Positions 58,859 through 64,000 of a stretch of 64,000 nucleotides of DNA are shown one piece after another. A program made the translations under genes and the position numbers. The notes beneath the pieces were generated by a model that worked only from the letters and a program-made list of their open reading frames with translations, did no database searches and was not told the origin of the DNA. Source of the stretch: Spirochaetota bacterium (GTDB lineage Bacteria; Spirochaetota; UBA4802; UBA5550); assembly GCA_963664815.2 (NCBI GenBank), contig CAXXHB010000003.1, forward strand, positions 4,201,688 through 4,265,687, written 5' to 3'. Each line of letters starts with the position of its first letter. Position 1 is the stretch's first letter.

Positions 58859-61273
58859 TTATTTTTTTTTGAAACAGATATCCAGTACTTCAATTATATC
58901 ACTTACGGGATGAAATGTCAGCCCTTTTTTTACATATCCCGGAATATCTTCAAGATCTTTGCGATTATCTACAGGAATAATTATATGCTTAATATTCACT
59001 CTTTTCGCAGCTATGACTTTCTCTTTAAGTCCCCCTATAGGAAGAACTTTTCCCGAAAGCGTAAGTTCCCCGGTCATTGCCAGATCATTTCCCGCCATCT
59101 TTCCTGTAATCATGGAATAAATTGATGATGCCATGGTAATCCCCGCTGATGGACCATCCTTTGGAGTTGCACCTGCCGGTACATGTACATGTATAAGGTA
59201 ATTATCAAAAATATTCCGCGCATTTTCATCATTCTGTAACAGATGATTTATATAAGTATATGCAATATTCGCAGATTCGGTCATTACCTCTCCCAGCTGC
59301 CCGGTGAGTTTAAGACCAGCTCCGGTTTTTGATTTAACTGCTATTGATTCAATTGTTAGAGTAGCCCCTCCAAGAGAAGTCCATGCAAGTCCTGTTACAA
59401 TTCCTGGTTTTGTTATTGTCAGTTTTTCCTCTTCCTGATAAACTTCAATTCCTAGATATTCTCTTATCTGAACATCTGTCAGAGAAGAATCGGGAATTGG
59501 TTGATTTCTGGCAATAAGTGTCGCCGTTTTCCTGCATATCTTTTCAATGTTACGCTCAAGATTTCGAACGCCTGCCTCTCTGGCCCATCCGCTTATTATA
59601 TTCAGGTAACCTTCTTTCTCAATTCTTATGCTGTTCTTCTCCAGACCATGCATTTTAAGTTGTTTGGGAAGGAGATACTTCCGGGCAATCTCGTATTTTT
59701 CCATTGCAATATATCCTGAAAGTCTTATGACCTCCATCCTGTCAGCCAGCACCTGCGGTATGGTGTCTAGTGTATTTGCCGTAGTTATAAAAAGTACGTC
59801 AGAAAGATCGAATGGGAGATCAAGGTAGTAATCCCTGAACTCCACATTCTGCTCCGGATCAAGAACTTCAAGCAACGCAGATGCAGGGTCTCCCTGAAAG
59901 CTTTGTCCCATTTTATCTATCTCATCTAGCATGAACACAGGATTATTTGTTTTACTTATCTTAAGCCCTTGGATTACTTTGCCCGGCATAGCTCCGATGT
60001 ATGTTTTTCTGTGTCCTTTAATCTCAGCTTCATCCCTCATACCGCCAAGCGAAATCCTGAAAAATTTTCTGTTAAGTGCAGAGGCGATTGACTTTCCGAG
60101 AGAGGTCTTCCCCACGCCAGGAGGTCCAACAAGACAGATAATCGATCCCCGTGCATCAGGTTTTATTTTCCTCAGAGCGATAAATTCAAGTATCCTTTTT
60201 TTTACATCCTCAAGACCATAATGGTCCCGATTAAGAATTCTCTCCGCCCTGTCAAGATCGATGGAATCAACCGTGGCCTTGTTCCATGGTAGCGAGAGCA
60301 CTGTATCAATATAATTTTTTGCTACTGAATATTCCGATGATGAAGGATCCATGAAAGTAAACCTGTCAATTTCCTCAATTAATTTTTCATGGACTTCCCC
60401 TTTGAGTTTCATTTCATCCAGATGTTTTCTCATCTCTTTAACTTCTGCAGTCTTTTCATCCTCGTCAAGTCCGAGCTCTCCCTTGATGGCCTTCAACTGT
60501 TCACGAAGGAAAAACTCCTTTTGTTGTTTATCTATCTTCTCTCCAATCTGGTGCTGAATCTTTTTCTGAACGTCAACCACCTCCATCTCTTTATGAAGCA
60601 GATGAAGCACTTTCCCCAGTCGACTTCTGACATTGATTGTTTCAAGTACATCCTGGTATTCATGTTTCTCTATGTTTAAAAGAGAAGTGACAAAATCGGC
60701 AATTTTCCCCGGCTCTTCCACATTAAGCATTGTAAGTTTCATCTCTTCAGTGAACAACGGATTATTATCAGAAAGAAGTTTGAGTTTGGACAAAACTTCT
60801 CTTGTGTAAGCCTTGATCTCCATCTTGGCTTTTTTATCAACAATGTCATCAAGGTATTCAACCTCTGCCAGAAGATTTTTTTTCTTCTCTATCGCGTCTT
60901 TAATCCTGAATCTTTTTACACTGTTTATAAGGACATTGATTCCACCGTCTGGAAGATTGATTTTTTTTAATATTCTTGCCGCTGTGCCGAATGTATAAAG
61001 ATCTTCAAAATTTATTTCACCTTTATCATCATCTTTAATAAGCACAAGCCCTATAGTTCTTGATTCATTCAGAACTCGGTCAATTATTTTTGTGAATCGT
61101 CCATGAGATATTATCAAAGGTGTAACAATTCCTGGAAAAATAGGCCTGTACCTTATAGGAATCAGGTAAAGCTGTTCAGGAAGGACATGATCAATAGATA
61201 TGAGATCTCCTTCAAGCAGATCAGCATCTATCGTGAACTCATTACCGTCAGTCATTATGTCATCAATATCCAT
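58859..61273 (-). CDS. lon: Lon ATP-dependent protease
   Basis: 'DHYGLEDVKKRILEF', GPPGVGKT, 'LLEVLDPEQN', 'PKDGPSAG', 'IGGLKEK'. Confidence 0.98.
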   Translation of the reverse strand: MDIDDIMTDGNEFTIDADLLEGDLISIDHVLPEQLYLIPIRYRPIFPGIVTPLIISHGRFTKIIDRVLNESRTIGLVLIKDDDKGEINFEDLYTFGTAARILKKINLPDGGINVLINSVKRFRIKDAIEKKKNLLAEVEYLDDIVDKKAKMEIKAYTREVLSKLKLLSDNNPLFTEEMKLTMLNVEEPGKIADFVTSLLNIEKHEYQDVLETINVRSRLGKVLHLLHKEMEVVDVQKKIQHQIGEKIDKQQKEFFLREQLKAIKGELGLDEDEKTAEVKEMRKHLDEMKLKGEVHEKLIEEIDRFTFMDPSSSEYSVAKNYIDTVLSLPWNKATVDSIDLDRAERILNRDHYGLEDVKKRILEFIALRKIKPDARGSIICLVGPPGVGKTSLGKSIASALNRKFFRISLGGMRDEAEIKGHRKTYIGAMPGKVIQGLKISKTNNPVFMLDEIDKMGQSFQGDPASALLEVLDPEQNVEFRDYYLDLPFDLSDVLFITTANTLDTIPQVLADRMEVIRLSGYIAMEKYEIARKYLLPKQLKMHGLEKNSIRIEKEGYLNIISGWAREAGVRNLERNIEKICRKTATLIARNQPIPDSSLTDVQIREYLGIEVYQEEEKLTITKPGIVTGLAWTSLGGATLTIESIAVKSKTGAGLKLTGQLGEVMTESANIAYTYINHLLQNDENARNIFDNYLIHVHVPAGATPKDGPSAGITMASSIYSMITGKMAGNDLAMTGELTLSGKVLPIGGLKEKVIAAKRVNIKHIIIPVDNRKDLEDIPGYVKKGLTFHPVSDIIEVLDICFKKK

Positions 61274-61481
61274 TAGCCATTCTCCAAAACATTCATAAAA
61301 AGCTACTAAATATTCAGGCAGGCATTAATCAAGGATTTTTTACCGCCTGAAAATAATAAAGATCCCGACGAATATACAAGCATTCATGATTAAATATAAC
61401 AAAAAACTCGAATAATTAAAAAAAATCTCTTTTTTCCCAGTGCAGAAGCGTAGTAATATAGAAATTTGGAACTGGTAAATA

Positions 61482-62477
61482 ATGCGTTTGATTCTACTTT
61501 TTTTTCTACTCCTTTTAATTTCCATACCGGTCCAGTCAGGTCCCATAATTAATGAAATTTCAGCAGGAGGGGACAGTGACTGGATTGAGATTACAGTTTC
61601 GGATGACACCGTATCATGCGACATATCTCAATATTTTATTACAATGTATTACGGAACAAACGAGAAAATAGCCATTTCCCCTGTTACCATCAGGAACCAC
61701 GATCTTCCCGAAACACCATATGATGACAGGTTTGCAGTGGTTCATTTTACTCATGTTCCTGTTGAAGATGAAACAGATTTAACTGGAGATAGCAACGGTA
61801 ATGGAATACTCGATCTTTACTGTGTCAACTACGGTCTCTGGAATACAGATTGTGTAATATCAATAGACAGCGATGATTCACCTTCAAATGGCGGAATACT
61901 TGACTTCGTCGCATTCAGTAACAGAGACGGCTCAATGAACGGTATAATAGAAGGATATATCCATTCAGCCATTAAATCAGGCCAATGGGCTATATGCCAA
62001 GACAGCAATCTGCAGAATTGCACAGTTGATATCGGTAAAAATGGACTTAATAGATTTTCAACAATATCGAGAAGAAACAGGGTTGATACAAACTCCTTTA
62101 GCGATTTTATTGTTACACCCTATGCCACTCCGGGAAGAGAAAATATAATATATACAGACAGGGGAGAGAGAGAACTATTCCGCGCAGAATCTAAAAAATC
62201 TGCCCATAACTACGGAAGCGGTAACATTCAGATTCCTCTTTTTCTCTATGAGTCTTGCTCCCTGAAACTTAGGATATTTAATTCAACCGGATCTATCGTA
62301 TACTCCTCTGAACTGAAGGATAATTTATTTCCCGGGTACTATACATTCAGTATTCCTGAAAAAGACCTTCGCGGAAAAATTCTGACCGGTCTTTACCCAT
62401 TAATTATTGAAGCCGCCGGAAAAAACTCTTTTTCTGAAACCGTTACCTGTTTTCTTGTGATAGTAAGGAAGAGATGA
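61482..62477 (+). CDS. Exported lamin-tail-domain (LTD)-like protein with a C-terminal FlgD/T9SS-CTD-like Ig domain
   Basis: Signal peptide, 'IINEI...SDWIEI', 'DF...ATPGREN', and C-terminal 'LKLRIFNSTGSIV...ILTGLYPLIIEA...FLVIVR'. Confidence 0.7.
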   Translation: MRLILLFFLLLLISIPVQSGPIINEISAGGDSDWIEITVSDDTVSCDISQYFITMYYGTNEKIAISPVTIRNHDLPETPYDDRFAVVHFTHVPVEDETDLTGDSNGNGILDLYCVNYGLWNTDCVISIDSDDSPSNGGILDFVAFSNRDGSMNGIIEGYIHSAIKSGQWAICQDSNLQNCTVDIGKNGLNRFSTISRRNRVDTNSFSDFIVTPYATPGRENIIYTDRGERELFRAESKKSAHNYGSGNIQIPLFLYESCSLKLRIFNSTGSIVYSSELKDNLFPGYYTFSIPEKDLRGKILTGLYPLIIEAAGKNSFSETVTCFLVIVRKR

Positions 62478-63769
62478 TGAATTTATCGCTGTTAATATTA
62501 ACGGGCATGTTTTGTCAATCTGCTTTCGAGTATAAAACCGGAGACCCCGAATCTCTTTTCCCTCATCATACTGCAATTCACGACTACACCACTCCTGTTG
62601 TAATGAGAACCTCTGCTCTTCTTCCCTTTGCTGACGGTTTTCTTTTCAACAGTTACGCAGGGAGACCATACTCGGGTGAAAATATTGCTTCCAGAGGTTC
62701 AACAATTCAATACGGTGCCGAAAAATACGGAATTCAGATTTCATGGAACATGTTTGGTGCAGATTTTTACATGGAAAACATTTGTTCTCTCTGTGCAGGT
62801 TATACTATCTTTTCCTTTTTACACGCAGGAATCTCCGAAAATCTATATACACTGAAAATAAATATGAGCGGACTTTCCGAAAATAGAAAATTCACTGACA
62901 CCGACATATCGCTTCTCTTTACACCATTTCCATGGCTAAATGCAGCATTTACACAGACCGGAATAGCGACCCTGATTAAAAACAGGAATAGTGAAACGAT
63001 CTATCCTGAAAGATCGACAGGGATTCTTATCAAACCGGGAAAAGGTTTCTCTCTGATATGGAACATTACCGATACTGCTGTTGAAAAAGTAAACTCCTTT
63101 GAGACAATCGTAAATCCCACATCTTTCTTCTCTATAAAAGGGGGATACTGCATGGAAAAATCCTCTTTTACCACAACATTTGGAATTCTCGTGAAAAAAT
63201 TTTTTGTATCATACGGATTAAAATATCATCCATATCTCGGTTATTCACACTCTATTGGTATTTCTTATGCCATGAATCCGGAAATTGAAACACTGCACTA
63301 CGGTACTCCATTATTTTCTCTATTTAAGAAAAAAATTAATATCCAGACAGCAACACCGGAGGATCTAGAAAAAATTGATGGATTGTCACCATTATCCATT
63401 GAGCGTATAATTTTATACCGTCATAAGATTGGACCTGTTACTAAAAAAGCACTGAAGCAGATAGGGCTTACAGGAAAAGAGATAAAAGCCCTAGAAAACA
63501 ATGTTTACGGCCTTGAACGCTCATCTCGGAATAAAGAAGGTGGAGAATATGCCGGCAGGAAAAATAATAAATATAAAATCCCCCGCAACGAAAAAATAAA
63601 AACAAAATTCCGAGCAATGATACAGTCAGGTATCCCCGCATCAATTGCAATCAACTATAGTGAGCTTTCAGAGGCCGTGAAGATCTCAGAATTCCGTAAA
63701 ACAGTCATGAACGATAAAACACTCAATGATGAACAGAAAAAAATTATAGAGAAATTATGTTCCAGATAA
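62474..63769 (+). CDS. Predicted beta-barrel protein with a C-terminal ComEA-like helix-hairpin-helix region and basic tail
   Basis: Amphipathic strands ending 'YHPYLGYSHSIGISY', then 'KINIQTATPEDLEKIDGLSPLSIERIILYRHKIGP'. Confidence 0.72.
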   Translation: MMNLSLLILTGMFCQSAFEYKTGDPESLFPHHTAIHDYTTPVVMRTSALLPFADGFLFNSYAGRPYSGENIASRGSTIQYGAEKYGIQISWNMFGADFYMENICSLCAGYTIFSFLHAGISENLYTLKINMSGLSENRKFTDTDISLLFTPFPWLNAAFTQTGIATLIKNRNSETIYPERSTGILIKPGKGFSLIWNITDTAVEKVNSFETIVNPTSFFSIKGGYCMEKSSFTTTFGILVKKFFVSYGLKYHPYLGYSHSIGISYAMNPEIETLHYGTPLFSLFKKKINIQTATPEDLEKIDGLSPLSIERIILYRHKIGPVTKKALKQIGLTGKEIKALENNVYGLERSSRNKEGGEYAGRKNNKYKIPRNEKIKTKFRAMIQSGIPASIAINYSELSEAVKISEFRKTVMNDKTLNDEQKKIIEKLCSR

Positions 63770-64000
63770 GTACTCCACATCAGTTTTCTCAAAAAATAAT
63801 TACATGTCTTGCGGGGTTGATAGCTATATTTTATCCTAAACCAGCATTTAGTTATAATTATGAAGTCGGAATAAAAACAAGCCTCAACCGGGAGGTTCTG
63901 AATTACGAAAAAGATAATCCGGAACTTGTAATCAGAGGCGGATTGTTTCTGAATTTCTATGAATCGTTTATATTTAACTTTATCACTCTCCATGACATTG
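63757..64000 (+). CDS. Exported protein, 3' truncated by the window edge (absent from the ORF track)
   Basis: ATG 63757 overlaps the upstream gene end and the frame is open to base 64000: MFQISTPHQFSQKIITCLAGLIAIFYPKPAFS-YNYEVGIKTSLNREVLNYEKDNPELVIRGGLFLNFYESF... Confidence 0.7.
   Translation, partial: MFQISTPHQFSQKIITCLAGLIAIFYPKPAFSYNYEVGIKTSLNREVLNYEKDNPELVIRGGLFLNFYESFIFNFITLHDI

Noticed and set aside
63655-63993. Minus-strand 112 aa ORF in the track
   Set aside because: Antisense shadow of the + strand gene starting at 63757, which has a signal peptide and overlaps the upstream gene in operon fashion.
1-64000. CRISPR arrays, tRNA/rRNA genes, IS elements, prophage
   Set aside because: No regularly spaced repeats, tRNA T-loop/CCA patterns, or transposase, integrase or phage motifs were seen by eye. 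A formal scan was not possible.

Overview
AT-rich bacterial chromosome segment with about 55 genes. The gene content points to a motile, diderm spirochaete related to Leptospira or Treponema; this is inferred from protein types only. Most of the window is housekeeping and chemotaxis: pit, pepF, an ABC-F ATPase, two MCPs, cheW, cheD, fdhD, smpB, htpG, sua5, tmk, sppA, serC, an M18 aminopeptidase, hisEG, dsbD, tadA and lon. I found no rRNA, tRNA, CRISPR array, transposase or phage gene. Best leads: (i) several predicted outer-membrane beta-barrel N-termini fused to different C-terminal effectors (SppA protease, Ig repeats plus OmpA, ComEA-like HhH), including a lamin-tail / barrel-HhH / exported-protein operon at the right edge that may be a DNA-capture module; (ii) a STAS-HATPase plus STAS-wHTH partner-switch pair leading a run of five uncharacterised genes; (iii) an ~8 kb block (43.8-52.1 kb) in active decay, containing a HK-REC-PP2C pseudogene, a frameshifted DUF1566 lipoprotein and a degenerate RRE-radical SAM; (iv) two probable cyclic-dinucleotide receptors; (v) an FdhD lacking its catalytic Cys motif; (vi) a near-consensus sigma28 promoter in front of a SPOR gene. 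All family calls come from motif recognition by eye, not from database searches.
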